The translations under genes were made by a program, and so were the position numbers. Of a DNA stretch of 64,000 nt, positions 10,814-21,604 are shown piece after piece. The notes beneath the pieces were generated by a model, which saw only the letters and a list, made by a program, of their open reading frames with translations, did not search any database and had not been told where the DNA came from. Position 1 is the first letter of the stretch, and each line of letters starts with the position of its first letter. Source of the DNA: Verrucomicrobiota bacterium (GTDB taxonomy: Bacteria > Verrucomicrobiota > Verrucomicrobiia > Limisphaerales > AAA164-E04); contig CP170459.1 in NCBI GenBank assembly GCA_047947115.1, forward strand, positions 1,632,001 through 1,696,000, written 5' to 3'.

Positions 10814-10853
10814 AAAAAAAACCTTCAGTCCCACCACTTAGAGAATGAAGGTT
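10814..10853 (-). terminator. Intrinsic terminator in the riboswitch expression platform
   Basis: Minus strand AACCTTCA..TGAAGGTT stem followed by a T run, between aptamer and start codon. Confidence 0.65.
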
Positions 10854-10959
10854 GTCGAAAGGCAACACGAACGCTACCCGAACACGCACTCGCGAGTCGG
10901 CTGGTCTCATCCTTCTCATTGACGGAGAAGCGGGCCCTATGGGGCCCAGACGAGAGCGA

Positions 10960-11135
10960 AACAACCGGTATCCTGACTTAGAGTTCCAAACCTTGTTTCC
11001 GCCTTCCCAGCATGTTGCCAGTGGCCTATTGGAAACTTGTCACTCCTCACAGTGGCGCAACCGTCCCCGACTTGCACGGGGTTCCCTGCCATTGATTCGC
11101 TTTCTATGACCCGGCCACGACGACCGGGGATATGT
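10960..11135 (-). ncRNA. Cobalamin (B12) riboswitch
   Basis: Minus strand: AGGGAAccccgtgcAAgtcgggga..GCCACTGTGA..GCCACTG..GGGAAGGC..AAGTCAGGAtACC (B12 box); ends approximate. Confidence 0.92.
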
Positions 11136-11509
11136 ATCAAAGAACGTGGTCGCATAGTAGGATGGGTGGCGCTGGTGTCAAGTTATCCTGTTCACCACTT
11201 GCCTCAGCATCGACAACACCGCTTTATTATGGCACTTGTTGCCATGCTTGCAGGCTTCAGAAGCAAGGCAAATTTTATGCTCCACTTCAGACATATCCCT
11301 TTTCACAAACCAATCTGTTAAAATCGAGCGGTTCAGCCTTAAACGGGTTGGTTTTGAAGTTTATACTGATTGCTAAAAGTATTTGTGCATAAAGGGCTCG
11401 CTGATGCTTCTTATCCTCACGCCCTCCCGCATTCGCGGGATAGGGACGCAGTGATGCAGAGTTTTTCTGAAATTAATTTTGGCAAACGTTATATTTGTGT
11501 CGGTGAAAT

Positions 11510-11541
11510 AAAAAAGCCCGCTGCGTAAACAGCGGGCTTTT
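11510..11541 (-). terminator. Rho-independent terminator (bidirectional-looking)
   Basis: AAAAAAGCCCGCTG cgtaaa CAGCGGGCTTTT just downstream of the 11569-12456 gene. Confidence 0.8.
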
Positions 11542-11568
11542 GGAAAATGATTATGGGTCAAGTCGAGC

Positions 11569-12456
11569 TTAGAACTGGCTACGAATCCACTGCTCGGTAA
11601 TGTTGTCCTTACGTTGCGTGCGAAGCGACCACCAAAGAGCATCAGCATCCGCTTTGCAGTAGGCACGAATTGCGCCAAGACTTCCTGTGCCGGCGGGTGT
11701 GATGACGAAAGGAGCCGTTGAAAGGCCGCCTGTCCAGCGGTGGACTTCGGAATGTCCGTCTGCGAAGGCGATACCGGCAGCACCGTTGTGATAGTTGGCG
11801 GGCACGTCGACCCAGCCGTTGCCACCTGGTTCGTAGGTGAAATTACCCACATCGTTGATGCTGTCAGGATGCTCGTCCATGTAAACCCAGGTTTCGGAAG
11901 GACCAGGGCTGGTCAGTCCGGAAGTTTTGGCAGTGAACCGTGGAAATGCCGCGGTATCCCAAGCGTTGGAATCGTCACCGATACGAATGTTTCCAGAGAT
12001 GCTACGTACCCGCTCTGTATATCCTGCGCGGCGTTGGGCTGCACTCAGGAAGTGATCCGAAGGGCACTTGAAGATGTTCTTAGCGCCGGAGAAGTAAGAA
12101 GCCAGTTTGGAGTATCTTGGATCCAACAGGTACTGGACGTTGGTGTTGGCTTCGTAAACGGTCCAGGTCATCGAGCCGGTCACCCAAGAGCCCTGATTGA
12201 TCTCCGATCCACCACCGTGTCTGGTTTTAGGAAAGCTTTCATCATTGTCACCTGTATACATGTGACAGGCGAGCATGAGCTGCTTGGTGTTGTTCATGCA
12301 GAGAATGCCCTTGGCCTTGTCTTTGGCTTTGCTGAGAGCCGGAAGGAGCATGCCTGCGAGAATCGCGATAATGGCAATAACAACGAGCAGCTCGATCAGT
12401 GTAAATCCACTTCGAACCGTCTTGCCCCGGTTTGCTTGTGTGTACGCTAGTTTCAT
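11569..12456 (-). CDS. Prepilin-type N-terminal cleavage/methylation protein with H-X9-DG motif
   Basis: [57 protein letters not shown]. Confidence 0.92.
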   Translation of the reverse strand: MKLAYTQANRGKTVRSGFTLIELLVVIAIIAILAGMLLPALSKAKDKAKGILCMNNTKQLMLACHMYTGDNDESFPKTRHGGGSEINQGSWVTGSMTWTVYEANTNVQYLLDPRYSKLASYFSGAKNIFKCPSDHFLSAAQRRAGYTERVRSISGNIRIGDDSNAWDTAAFPRFTAKTSGLTSPGPSETWVYMDEHPDSINDVGNFTYEPGGNGWVDVPANYHNGAAGIAFADGHSEVHRWTGGLSTAPFVITPAGTGSLGAIRAYCKADADALWWSLRTQRKDNITEQWIRSQF

Positions 12457-12581
12457 ATCGTTTGTTTTTAATTGAAAACAGTCCTTTACGGGTTCGGCCG
12501 GTTTTTATACCGAAAGCCCATTCAGGTGGCAAGTATCTAATTTGAGTAGCAGGTATTTAAAAAATGGGGCGGGGTAAGTTG

Positions 12582-13598
12582 TCAGATTGATGGTTTTCGC
12601 GCCACAATCCACATGTGTGAGGATAGAAGGTTCTCAGCCAGAAAGTTCTGGAATTTTTCTCCCAGCTGTTCCCACTCATCAATCAACACCTTTTTCAGAA
12701 ACGGATGGCTCTCCAGACTGAATTTTCCTGCCATCGTTTTTTTTCTGACAATGTCCGCATCCAGTCGTCCAGGTGTGAGTAACTCAATCACTTCCAGATT
12801 GTTGGATTCGAAAAGAAGTTTCAGGGATTTCGGGTTGAAGAGGTTCAGGTGCTCCGGTGTGACTGTGTCGGCAACGGTGCGCAACAGGCTGACGTCAAAG
12901 CCCTTGGCACTTGGGTACGTCACTACAAGCATGCCGCCCGGGGCCAGGAGTCGAATACAATGTTCCAGGTAGGTTTTCGGAGAAAAAAGGTGCTCCAATA
13001 CCTCAAATGACACGATGAGCTGAGCGTTCCCTTTGTCGGCTGGGACGGTTTCAATCGGCTGTCTCAGCACTTCCAGACCGCGCTTTTCGCAGCTGTCAGC
13101 CGATGACGGGGTCGGTTCGATGGCCACGATTTCCTCAAAGGAGCCGGATTGTTTCATCATTTCGCAGAACTGCCCGGTTCCTGCGCCTACCTCGATCATG
13201 CGCCGTTTTGGAATGCCATGTTGTTCCACAAAACCAAGGATACGTTCCACGCGCGGTTTCACAATTCGCTCACGACGCGCTTCTTCCGATGAGGGGTAAA
13301 TATATTTGTTCCAATAAGCGTAATAAGTCGCCTCCCGGTAATATTGTGCCAATCTTTCCGGCTTGGGACGTGGTGATCCGTAGACAGTTTCGCATTGATG
13401 ACATTCCAGAAAGGTCATACCTCGTTTGGTGCCATAAGAACTGGCCTCCACATGACCGCATGCAGGACATGTCACTGAGACAAACTCATCCTTGTCTTGC
13501 ATCAATCGTCGGGTGTCTTCCTCCAGTAGTTCGAAGGATCGGGCCATCAGATGATCGGGGCGGATGGCGTTTTCGTTCAGGGTGGATGATTTGGTCAT
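12582..13598 (-). CDS. Class I SAM-dependent methyltransferase with N-terminal Zn-binding motif (glycan-cluster type)
   Basis: CPAC..CHQC; IEVGAGTG; FEVLEHL. Confidence 0.85.
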   Translation of the reverse strand: MTKSSTLNENAIRPDHLMARSFELLEEDTRRLMQDKDEFVSVTCPACGHVEASSYGTKRGMTFLECHQCETVYGSPRPKPERLAQYYREATYYAYWNKYIYPSSEEARRERIVKPRVERILGFVEQHGIPKRRMIEVGAGTGQFCEMMKQSGSFEEIVAIEPTPSSADSCEKRGLEVLRQPIETVPADKGNAQLIVSFEVLEHLFSPKTYLEHCIRLLAPGGMLVVTYPSAKGFDVSLLRTVADTVTPEHLNLFNPKSLKLLFESNNLEVIELLTPGRLDADIVRKKTMAGKFSLESHPFLKKVLIDEWEQLGEKFQNFLAENLLSSHMWIVARKPSI

Positions 13599-13606
13599 GG
13601 CGTATT

Positions 13607-14887
13607 TCAGGCAATCCTTAATGTTCTTTCGGCGGACCCGCAGCGGTTTCCCAGATCATTTCGGCAACCTGTGGAACGGCCTGGGTTTTTATATTTTTCA
13701 TGCAAAGATTCAGGCAGGTGCACCGGGCCATATGCTGACCGGTTGCCCCAGATATTTTCTTTGACCCACTGACCATCTTCAATGGCCCAAACTCGAGGAT
13801 CTCGAAAAGTGTCGGCCGTCTGGTCGAATTCCGATTCATCCATCCCCACGTAGTTCAACCAGCGATCAAGGTCTTTGCGGGGTTTGACATGATCATATTT
13901 CCGCACCATTTCGATGCCTTCATCCCGTGTCAAAGCACCTTCACGAATGTCGTGACACGAATGATCGGATCCCCTGCCATAGCCAAATTTGATGAACTTA
14001 AGATAATCATGGATGCCGATATCGTGCATGTCATCCAGACTTGAAAAGCGGCGGTAGGTCCGTTCGAGCGGGTCCTTGCACGGGGTCCAGCCGTATTCGT
14101 TCATGACGAGTTTGACGTGCGAGTTGGAGTCCCACCTGACAAAGTTGCTGGTATAGATGCCGCGAACCCCGACGTCGTCCAAGTCCTCATCGCCGGGGTA
14201 TTGCGCCCATTTGAGGTCTTTGGCGGTCAGGCCTTCTTTGAGTTCCGGCTTTCCGAGTCGTTCCAGCCCTTCATCGGTGAAATCATGCCAGTCATAACCT
14301 CTCATGGCGTGTTCCAGTCGGAACTTGGCGGTGAATTCGATGAAGTCATTGTAGGAATACATGCCCGCCAGATCCATGTAACCCTGCTCACCCCACAGGA
14401 TCAGGGGAATGTTGTAACGCACAGCAATCTGGATGGGGACCGTGAAGATGCCGCAGTGACTGTGCCAGTTCATGTCCCCCTGCAAACGAAATCCAAGTCG
14501 GTTCATTTTCACCAACATGTCTCGATCCGGACGCAGGATCAGGTGGTCGCATTTGAACACATCCCTCATACGTTGCAGGTTTTGTTCTCCTTCCGGCATG
14601 AAATTATTGGCATGATAGGTGACCAGCAGGGGTTTGAGACCCAACACTTTTGTTGCCAGATGGACCTGAAAGTAACTGTCCTTTCCACCGCTTACCGGAA
14701 TAAGGATGTCATAGTCCTCGTCCGATCCGTATTCATGAAGGATGCGGCGGAACATGGTCATCCGTTCGTCCCAATTGATGGTGGATCTTTGGTCAGAGAC
14801 CCTGCAGCCGGAACAGACGCCATGGTCGTCAAATGCGAGAGGCATGGCAGATGCGGATGGATAAACGCAGCGTGTACAATATTTCAT
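13607..14887 (-). CDS. N-acetyl sugar amidotransferase (WbuX/PseA-like)
   Basis: MKYCTRC..CSGC; PP-loop PVSGGKDS; YLKFIKFGYGR. Confidence 0.9.
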   Translation of the reverse strand: MKYCTRCVYPSASAMPLAFDDHGVCSGCRVSDQRSTINWDERMTMFRRILHEYGSDEDYDILIPVSGGKDSYFQVHLATKVLGLKPLLVTYHANNFMPEGEQNLQRMRDVFKCDHLILRPDRDMLVKMNRLGFRLQGDMNWHSHCGIFTVPIQIAVRYNIPLILWGEQGYMDLAGMYSYNDFIEFTAKFRLEHAMRGYDWHDFTDEGLERLGKPELKEGLTAKDLKWAQYPGDEDLDDVGVRGIYTSNFVRWDSNSHVKLVMNEYGWTPCKDPLERTYRRFSSLDDMHDIGIHDYLKFIKFGYGRGSDHSCHDIREGALTRDEGIEMVRKYDHVKPRKDLDRWLNYVGMDESEFDQTADTFRDPRVWAIEDGQWVKENIWGNRSAYGPVHLPESLHEKYKNPGRSTGCRNDLGNRCGSAERTLRIA

Positions 14888-15573
14888 GCTAATATGGTTT
14901 CTTGTTTAAAATCGATGGGTGATGACTGCCTTTTCGGTCGTGCCTGGCGTCGTCGTTTAGGTCTGGAATCTGTTGAAAAAGGCAGACGAACGTTGATGCC
15001 TGCCTCATGGAGTGCGCGTTTTCCCTGGCGATCGCTGAGTTCCTTGAAGTGCCAGATGTTGGCCGCCGCAACCGCCGAGGCTCCAGCGCGTATGCCAGCC
15101 GCATAATCCGTGAATTGCCCGACGCCGCTGCAGGCGATCACAGGAATGTTGACAGCTCGGGTCACTTTTTGGATCAGGTCCGTATCGTACCCCAGTCCTA
15201 TGCCGTCTCGTTCAATGCGCTGAAGGAGGATTTCTCCCACGCCCAGTTTTTCGGCATTTTGAGCCCATTGGACAGGATCCAAGCCGGTCGGTTCCCGGCC
15301 GCAGGCGATGCAGACTTGTTCACTTCCATTCACACATTTCACATCCATACCCAGCACCACTGCCTGGCGTCCGAACACCGAGGCCGCCTTTTCAAGTATG
15401 GAGGGAGTCCGGACTGCCTGTGTGTTGACGATTACCTTGTCCGCTCCCCTGAGGAATCGTTCCCGCATGTCCTGGATCGATCTGATGCGACCTCCGCAAG
15501 TCAGCGGCATGAAGCATTTGAGCGAAAGGTTTTCCAGGATATCGAGGAAGTTCGTTGAGTTGTGGTGCTTCAC
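14884..15573 (-). pseudogene. HisF-like cyclase (WbuZ-type), 5'-truncated
   Basis: [40 protein letters not shown] are HisF-like; the expected N-terminal part is absent upstream of about 15573. Confidence 0.7.
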
Positions 15574-16824
15574 CTCACCTGCGAGTTTGATCAACATCAG
15601 TTTATTGAAGCGCTTCAGACTTTGCCGGATTCCATGGGGCCCGTGCGGGTGTGTTTGTATTGGCGCGATGTGCAGTTGAAACGCCACTTAAAATATCTCC
15701 AAGCTGGCTTCGAATGTGTGACTGCGGGTCATATGTTTGATCCGGATTTTTGTTTTCGAATATTGAAAATTTTTTCCCAATCGAAGTTTGCGATCACCAA
15801 CAAGATGGGTAGTTCGGCTTTGTTGGCTGCCAGCCTGGGGTTGGAAGTGGCTTATATCGACCAGACGACTCGGATTCGTGGCACCAATGAGAAATTCGAG
15901 GGAGAGGCGGCACCCACCGTTGATCAACCCAGCGCGATGGCATTGTTTGAATCCATGAAGATTCCTCTGGGGCATTCCCGGCCGAATCAACGGAATTGGG
16001 GCGATATTGCCACGGGACGCGCATTTGTGCGATCTCCAGAGCAACTGAGGGAAATGATGGTGGAGCACGCTATATCCATGATCGAAAAACCGGCAATCAA
16101 ACCTTCGCTGCGTACGTGGGATCAGGAAATGGGACGGATCAAACAGGCTGCCAATACCAGTCTGCATCGGACCGACGGCACCCTGTTACCTGATGGAAAT
16201 GTGTTTCATTTCATGAACCAACATCGCCTGTTGGAAGACCATGAAATCTGGGGGATCGAGGGACTTTGTCCCACCTTCAATGCTGATGACGCACCGGTGA
16301 TTGTGGACTGCGGATCGGACACCGGCTATACCATTATTCGCATGGCTCAGGCCTGGCCCAAGGCGCAGATATACGGATTTGAGGCCAACCCTCTCAAAAC
16401 AAAAATGCTTTATCGGAATCTGGATGCCATGGGGCTGCGTCATGTTTCCGTTGGAGGGAAGGCGGTATGGATTGAATTCGGCAAGGTTGCCTTTGAAACC
16501 AGTGAACCTGGTTTGGATTCCCAGGTATGCCAAATCGGTTGTATCCGACTGAAAGATTTTCTGCAGCAGACCAGCGTGGGATTGCTGCGTTTGAACATTG
16601 CCAACGCAATTTTACCGGTGGTTCAGGATTGCGGAGAAGTGTTGAGGCAAGCGCGTCACATAGTGCTGAACTATCCCAGTGAGTCATCGAACCGGGATGA
16701 GTTGATTGCCCTCATGGCTGAACTCTCCGCTCTAGGATATCAATTGCAGATCAAACAGGCCCGGCCTCTGGACGGTTCGGAATCAAATCTTCGTATTGTT
16801 ATGACTGCAACAATACTTCGGTGA
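15571..16824 (+). pseudogene. 5'-truncated glycan-modification protein with C-terminal FkbM-like methyltransferase domain
   Basis: Begins mid-domain (HLTCEFD..VRVCLYWRD..AGHMFDPDF) with no convincing start or RBS; C-terminal IVDCGSDTG..IYGFEANP. Confidence 0.6.
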
Positions 16825-16962
16825 GATGGATTGATGAAAAAAAGGACCCATCGATTGCGTCTGGCGGGCGGGGTGTTTGCTTGCCAGCCGGGAGCCTTCC
16901 TCAAGCGGAAGCAGTTGAATGCAAAGCCATCCATCACGGATGCTGAGCCGAATCGTTGTGGC

Positions 16963-17931
16963 TCAGACTTCAATCACATCTTTTGATTGGATCAGGCTGT
17001 CTTCAACCCGCCAGTCCCAGTTGGCGGGAATCGAATTGGATTCGCACAGTTGGTAACTCTTGCATACCTTTTGGTATAGGTCTTTGACCAGTTCGAAGAG
17101 TACTTCAAACCATCGTTTCGAACTTGGTTTGAGTCGTTCAATGACGCTTGGATCGATCATGTATCCGCAGTTGGATGCCTCGGGATCCTGAGACAAAAAA
17201 TCCGCCATTCGATAGCACACATGCGTGACATCGCTCGTCACGTTTTTCACGATGTTGGGATCGTGTTGAAAACTGATACCCACGGTAATCTCGAATGGAA
17301 GTCCCCAGTTCTGGGCTATGATACCGCCGATTTCGCCGTAGTGGACGTGTAAGATTTCCATTTCGGCCTCCACTTGATTCTTTCCTGACAATTTACAGAC
17401 AGAAAGATACTCCTGAATTTCTGCGTTCATGAATCGGGACATGACCACTTTTCCAACGTTGTGGAGCAGCGCAGAGGTGGTTGAAACCTGCGGGGCATGC
17501 ACTCGAAACACTTTGGAACATTGTTCGGCAGTGATGGAAGCCAACACTGAATCGCGCCAAAGCTGGTTTTCAAGGAGGTTGTAAACCGCCAGTTTGAGAG
17601 AACGAAGTTGGGTGCCAACGGTGCAGGAAAGGAGAAGGTTCAAGGTTTTGAACTCGCCCAAAAAGGAGATGGCTTCCTGAACGGAAGTGACCCGCATGGC
17701 CCGGCCAACATAAGCCGAATTGGCCGCTTTCAGCAACTCCACGGTCAACGCCTGGTCATAGGAGATCAGAGTGCTCATTTCGTCTGTCCCCACATTGGGA
17801 TCGACGATCATGGAACTTAACTTGATGACTGTTGGGTTTAATGGAGGGAATTGCTTCGCTGCATCGATAATCTCGTCGAGATTGGCGATACTGGGTGGGA
17901 GCCTGCTCCACTCTGGTTTTATTTCCCCCAT
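16963..17931 (-). CDS. HDOD domain signalling protein
   Basis: DQALTVELLKAANSAY..SVQEAISFLG; ALLHNVGK; HYGEIGGIIAQNWGLP. Confidence 0.88.
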   Translation of the reverse strand: MGEIKPEWSRLPPSIANLDEIIDAAKQFPPLNPTVIKLSSMIVDPNVGTDEMSTLISYDQALTVELLKAANSAYVGRAMRVTSVQEAISFLGEFKTLNLLLSCTVGTQLRSLKLAVYNLLENQLWRDSVLASITAEQCSKVFRVHAPQVSTTSALLHNVGKVVMSRFMNAEIQEYLSVCKLSGKNQVEAEMEILHVHYGEIGGIIAQNWGLPFEITVGISFQHDPNIVKNVTSDVTHVCYRMADFLSQDPEASNCGYMIDPSVIERLKPSSKRWFEVLFELVKDLYQKVCKSYQLCESNSIPANWDWRVEDSLIQSKDVIEV

Positions 17932-18006
17932 AGCTTAAAGAATTCCTCGGTTGACCGATCTTGATCCGAACCCGCTTCGCGCGAAGTTCACGTCCTCTCG
18001 TCAGAG

Positions 18007-18033
18007 CTATCGGAGGCTTGAGGGTAAACTTTA
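18007..18033 (-). promoter_or_regulatory. sigma28 (FliA)-type promoter of the HDOD gene
   Basis: TAAA-N15-TCCGATAG. Confidence 0.7.
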
Positions 18034-18059
18034 GGGGAAGATGACTTGAATTTTACCCT

Positions 18060-19238
18060 TCAGGATTTCCCAAAACGAATGTGGTCGGCCATGCTCTTTG
18101 CGGATTCAGCGGTCTGGGAGAGATTCTCTCCGATCAGGGTGAGGTGCCCCATCTTGCGTCCTTTTCGACTCTCTTGTTTGCCGTAGATGTGGAGGTGTGC
18201 ATCGGGATCCTGCAATGCTTCGCGGATGCCACTGGGCAGGGCGGGACCATCGGAAGCGCCCAGAAGATTGATCATGACGGCCGCTGGTTTGACCAGAGTG
18301 GTGTCACCCAGGGGCCAGCCCAGGATGGAGCGGATATGGTTTTCAAATTGAGAGCAACGACAGGCTTCGATGGTGTAATGTCCGGAGTTATGCACCCTTG
18401 GAGCCAATTCGTTGACCAGAATGGTTCCATCCTTCGTCAGGAACATCTCCACACCAAAGCATCCCAATCCGTCGACTGCTTCGATGGCCTTTCGCGCGAT
18501 TTCGGAAGCCTTGTCACGAATGGCTGGTTCGATCAACGCGGGAGCTGTGACCACGTGGCAGATGTGATCCTTTTGAACAGTCTCCACCACGGGGTATTCC
18601 GCATGCGAACCATCCACCGACCTCACCACCATGACCGCCAACTCCTTTACAAAAGGGCAAAAGGCTTCCACAAACAAGGGACATGTCCCGCCGCCTAACG
18701 CGTCCCAACCCGCTTGAATGCCATCGGGGTTTTCGATGGTGGCGTTGCCTTTGCCATCGTAGCCTTGTTTACGCTTTTTAAGCACTAACGGCCATCCGAA
18801 GGATTCACCTATCCGGCGAATATCATCGGTGGACTCGACTGATTCAAATGCCGGAACAGGCAAACCGCGTTCCCGCAATCTTGTTTTTTGAAGCAACTTG
18901 TCCTGTACAATAGCCATAGTGCCGGCTCCCGGAATGACTGTGTGTCCGGCTTCCTCCAGGGCTCTCAATGTCTCCGCCTCAACAAATTCGTTTTCCAAAG
19001 TGATCAGATCGCACCCCTTCGCCCAGGAGATCAAGACCGCCGGATCATTCCAATCACCTACCTGGTGATCGTGCACCACACTGGCAGCAGGGCAGTGGGC
19101 GGATTTTTCGATGGTACGAACCTGACACCCAAGCCGGCTGGCGGCTTGAGCCTGCATCCGTGCCAATTGGCCCCCTCCGATGATACCGATCAGAGGCAGC
19201 CGTCCTTCATTTTCAAATGAGCGCGAAAGAAAAGTCAT
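18060..19238 (-). CDS. purK: 5-(carboxyamino)imidazole ribonucleotide synthase
   Basis: IGIIGGGQLARM; GYDGKG; NELAPRVHNSGHYT; RKMGHLT. Confidence 0.95.
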   Translation of the reverse strand: MTFLSRSFENEGRLPLIGIIGGGQLARMQAQAASRLGCQVRTIEKSAHCPAASVVHDHQVGDWNDPAVLISWAKGCDLITLENEFVEAETLRALEEAGHTVIPGAGTMAIVQDKLLQKTRLRERGLPVPAFESVESTDDIRRIGESFGWPLVLKKRKQGYDGKGNATIENPDGIQAGWDALGGGTCPLFVEAFCPFVKELAVMVVRSVDGSHAEYPVVETVQKDHICHVVTAPALIEPAIRDKASEIARKAIEAVDGLGCFGVEMFLTKDGTILVNELAPRVHNSGHYTIEACRCSQFENHIRSILGWPLGDTTLVKPAAVMINLLGASDGPALPSGIREALQDPDAHLHIYGKQESRKGRKMGHLTLIGENLSQTAESAKSMADHIRFGKS

Positions 19239-19541
19239 GTTTTTGCCAGCCAGAACCTAAGAGCAGCCCAGCCAGTGGGTCAAGCGAATCAAGAGATGAT
19301 AGGTAGCTGGAATTGCGGTTGTTCAGCGTTCTGTATTGCTGCCCGAAACAGGATTCAATCATTCAATGGTTGGTTCCAAACGGATTATCGTTGCCAAATG
19401 TTTTCTCAGAAATGCTGACTTGGCTATTCCTGAACCCGGCTAAGAGGAGGGGAAAACAATTGACTGTGAATCCGTCAAAGCGGTTGTGTTCAGAACCCAC
19501 GGATATCTTTGCTTTCTGCCGAAGTTTCTTTGCCAGTTTGT

Positions 19542-20222
19542 TTAGGGAGCGCTAAGTGATTGGCCGTTGTCTTTTGTACCGAGTTGGAGGAGGAAAGGGA
19601 CGGCTTTTTGGGCCCAGGTTTCGGCGGTTTCAAATTGGGAGGCTCCTGTTCCCAAGCAGCTTTGGAGCATCTCGGTGTTGATGATACCCGGGTTCAAGGG
19701 GATGGCGGCAAGTCCGGCAGGCAGTTCTTGTGCCAATGCCTGTGTAAGCCCTTCGATGGCCCATTTGGTGGCACAGTACGGGGCGACTTCCGGGCTGGTG
19801 GAACGTCCCCAGCCGGAACTGAAATTCACCAGGACACCGCTGCCTTTTCGAATCATGAGGGGGATGACATGCCTGATCACGTTTTGAACACCTTTGATGT
19901 TGATGTCGATCACATGATCAAATTCATCTGAATCGATTTCCCATAAGGGCGCATTGTGGTTGATGATGGCTGCATTGTTCAGGACGAGATCGGGTACGCC
20001 GATATCTTTCGTCACGCTTTGGATCCAGCGGGCTACTTCCTGGTCGTTGCTCACATCGACCGGAGCAAAACGATGTGGAGTTCCCAATGCTGAACTCAAC
20101 GATTGAAGGGATCCTGCGTTTCGACCGCATCCCGCAACAGTATGGCCTTCCCGTGCGAAACCTTTCGCCATGGCGCAGCCGAGTCCTTTGGATACGCCTG
20201 TGATTAAAATGATTTTGCTCAT
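19542..20222 (-). CDS. SDR family oxidoreductase
   Basis: TGVSKGLG; NNAA; YCATK catalytic motif. Confidence 0.92.
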   Translation of the reverse strand: MSKIILITGVSKGLGCAMAKGFAREGHTVAGCGRNAGSLQSLSSALGTPHRFAPVDVSNDQEVARWIQSVTKDIGVPDLVLNNAAIINHNAPLWEIDSDEFDHVIDINIKGVQNVIRHVIPLMIRKGSGVLVNFSSGWGRSTSPEVAPYCATKWAIEGLTQALAQELPAGLAAIPLNPGIINTEMLQSCLGTGASQFETAETWAQKAVPFLLQLGTKDNGQSLSAP

Positions 20223-21184
20223 GGTTGCACCTTTTTGCGTCGTTCCATGAGTTCCTTCCAAGTTGTGAGGATGATTCCTTCGGATTCGATGGTCTGTTTG
20301 ACCAAAGGACTGGTCAGGGCGTTGAGATCGCCTTTTCGTGACTCGCTGGAGCCGGTTACGAGTGGGAATATGTCACTTGGGTCCGAGGCGTGGAACAGGA
20401 TTTCGGTGATTCCCGGCTTGAGGGCTTTCAGGAGTGTGGCCAGTCGTTCGGGCTTCTCATCCGCCGGCCAGCCGTAGGTGTTGGTGTGGAGGTCGTCAAT
20501 GACGGGGAGTCCTGCTCCCCACACTTTAGCCACGTAGGGCTTCAATGCTTCAACCGCATCTCCGTTCTCCTGTTTCGCGTAAGTGAGATGTCCGCCGGCG
20601 ATCAAGATGGGGATCTGCTCTTCGATCCCTACCTTCACGTAGCGTTCGAAGTAAGCCGGATGGGCAAAAAGGGTTCCCATATGGCTGTCCAGGTGAGTGA
20701 TAGGGATGTTCAGTGTTTTGGCTCGATCGATTTGAGCGCGGATTTCGAGTTCGATTTCATCCGCGGTGGCACTGGCCAATACCTGGGGGACGCTGCGCCA
20801 GAGGCATCCTTCGTTGTCTACCAGGCCGGGGACGGCAGCTTTGCCGGCAAGGGGGCCCCATCGATAAGATTTCCATTCCGAAGTCAGGGTCAGGTGTAAT
20901 CCACTGTCCACATGGGGGTGATCAAGAAGATAGTGACCGATCTCAGAAACCCAGGAGCAGGGCATCATGACCGCCCATGAAGTGGCGACACCTTTTTCGA
21001 CGGATTGAATAGCTCCCTGGTTCGAGGAGTGGGACATGCCGACATCATCGACATGGAGGATGACCACCACGTCATTGGCATTCCAGCCCAGACGCTCAGC
21101 AAAGGATTCGGCGTAACCTCCTTCATGACACATGATGTAGCCTATTACCGCCCATAAAGGGGTCAATTTTTTGAAATGGTTCAT
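20219..21184 (-). CDS. YdjC/ChbG-family carbohydrate deacetylase
   Basis: ILHVDDVG; GLHLTLTSEW; THLDSHMG; start inferred. Confidence 0.85.
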   Translation of the reverse strand: MNHFKKLTPLWAVIGYIMCHEGGYAESFAERLGWNANDVVVILHVDDVGMSHSSNQGAIQSVEKGVATSWAVMMPCSWVSEIGHYLLDHPHVDSGLHLTLTSEWKSYRWGPLAGKAAVPGLVDNEGCLWRSVPQVLASATADEIELEIRAQIDRAKTLNIPITHLDSHMGTLFAHPAYFERYVKVGIEEQIPILIAGGHLTYAKQENGDAVEALKPYVAKVWGAGLPVIDDLHTNTYGWPADEKPERLATLLKALKPGITEILFHASDPSDIFPLVTGSSESRKGDLNALTSPLVKQTIESEGIILTTWKELMERRKKVQP

Positions 21185-21340
21185 ATTCAACATACATATC
21201 CAATGCATAAAGTAGACTAACTCATCACATGTGACATTCAACCATCAACTGATGGTATCGGCTCGGAGAGGAGGACGCGTCGGGGCGCTTCGTGGTGAAG
21301 TCGCCGGGTGGAAACCCAGTTGGCGATGGGTAAAGAGAGA

Positions 21341-21416
21341 TGGTGGGCGAAGAGGGACTCGAACCCCCGACCTACTGTGTGTAAGACAGCTGCGCTAGCC
21401 ACTGCGCCATTCGCCC
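21341..21416 (-). tRNA. tRNA-Val(TAC)
   Basis: Full 76-nt cloverleaf GGGCGAA..GCTGT CT TAC AC ACAGT..GGTTCGAGTCC..TTCGCCC A CCA. Confidence 0.97.
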
Positions 21417-21604
21417 CACCGGAACACTGCTCCGAGCGGATCAGCGCAAAGACGATAGGGGGATGCTTGGGATCAATCAAGTGCCAAATAGGATAAAATC
21501 CGGATTTTTGTTGGGCAAATCCGAAGTGAGTTTTGAACCATTGCATTGACCGAGGGTCGAAATTCCACTATAGGTAATGTACCAACAAGAAAGTGCATAA
21601 AACG

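Noticed and set aside
10743..11155. Upstream extension of the 654-aa ORF and small ORFs over the leader
   Set aside because: The region is the cobalamin riboswitch and its terminator
11230..11250. TGGCAC..TTGC sigma54-like motif
   Set aside because: GG-to-GC spacing is shorter than the required -24/-12 geometry
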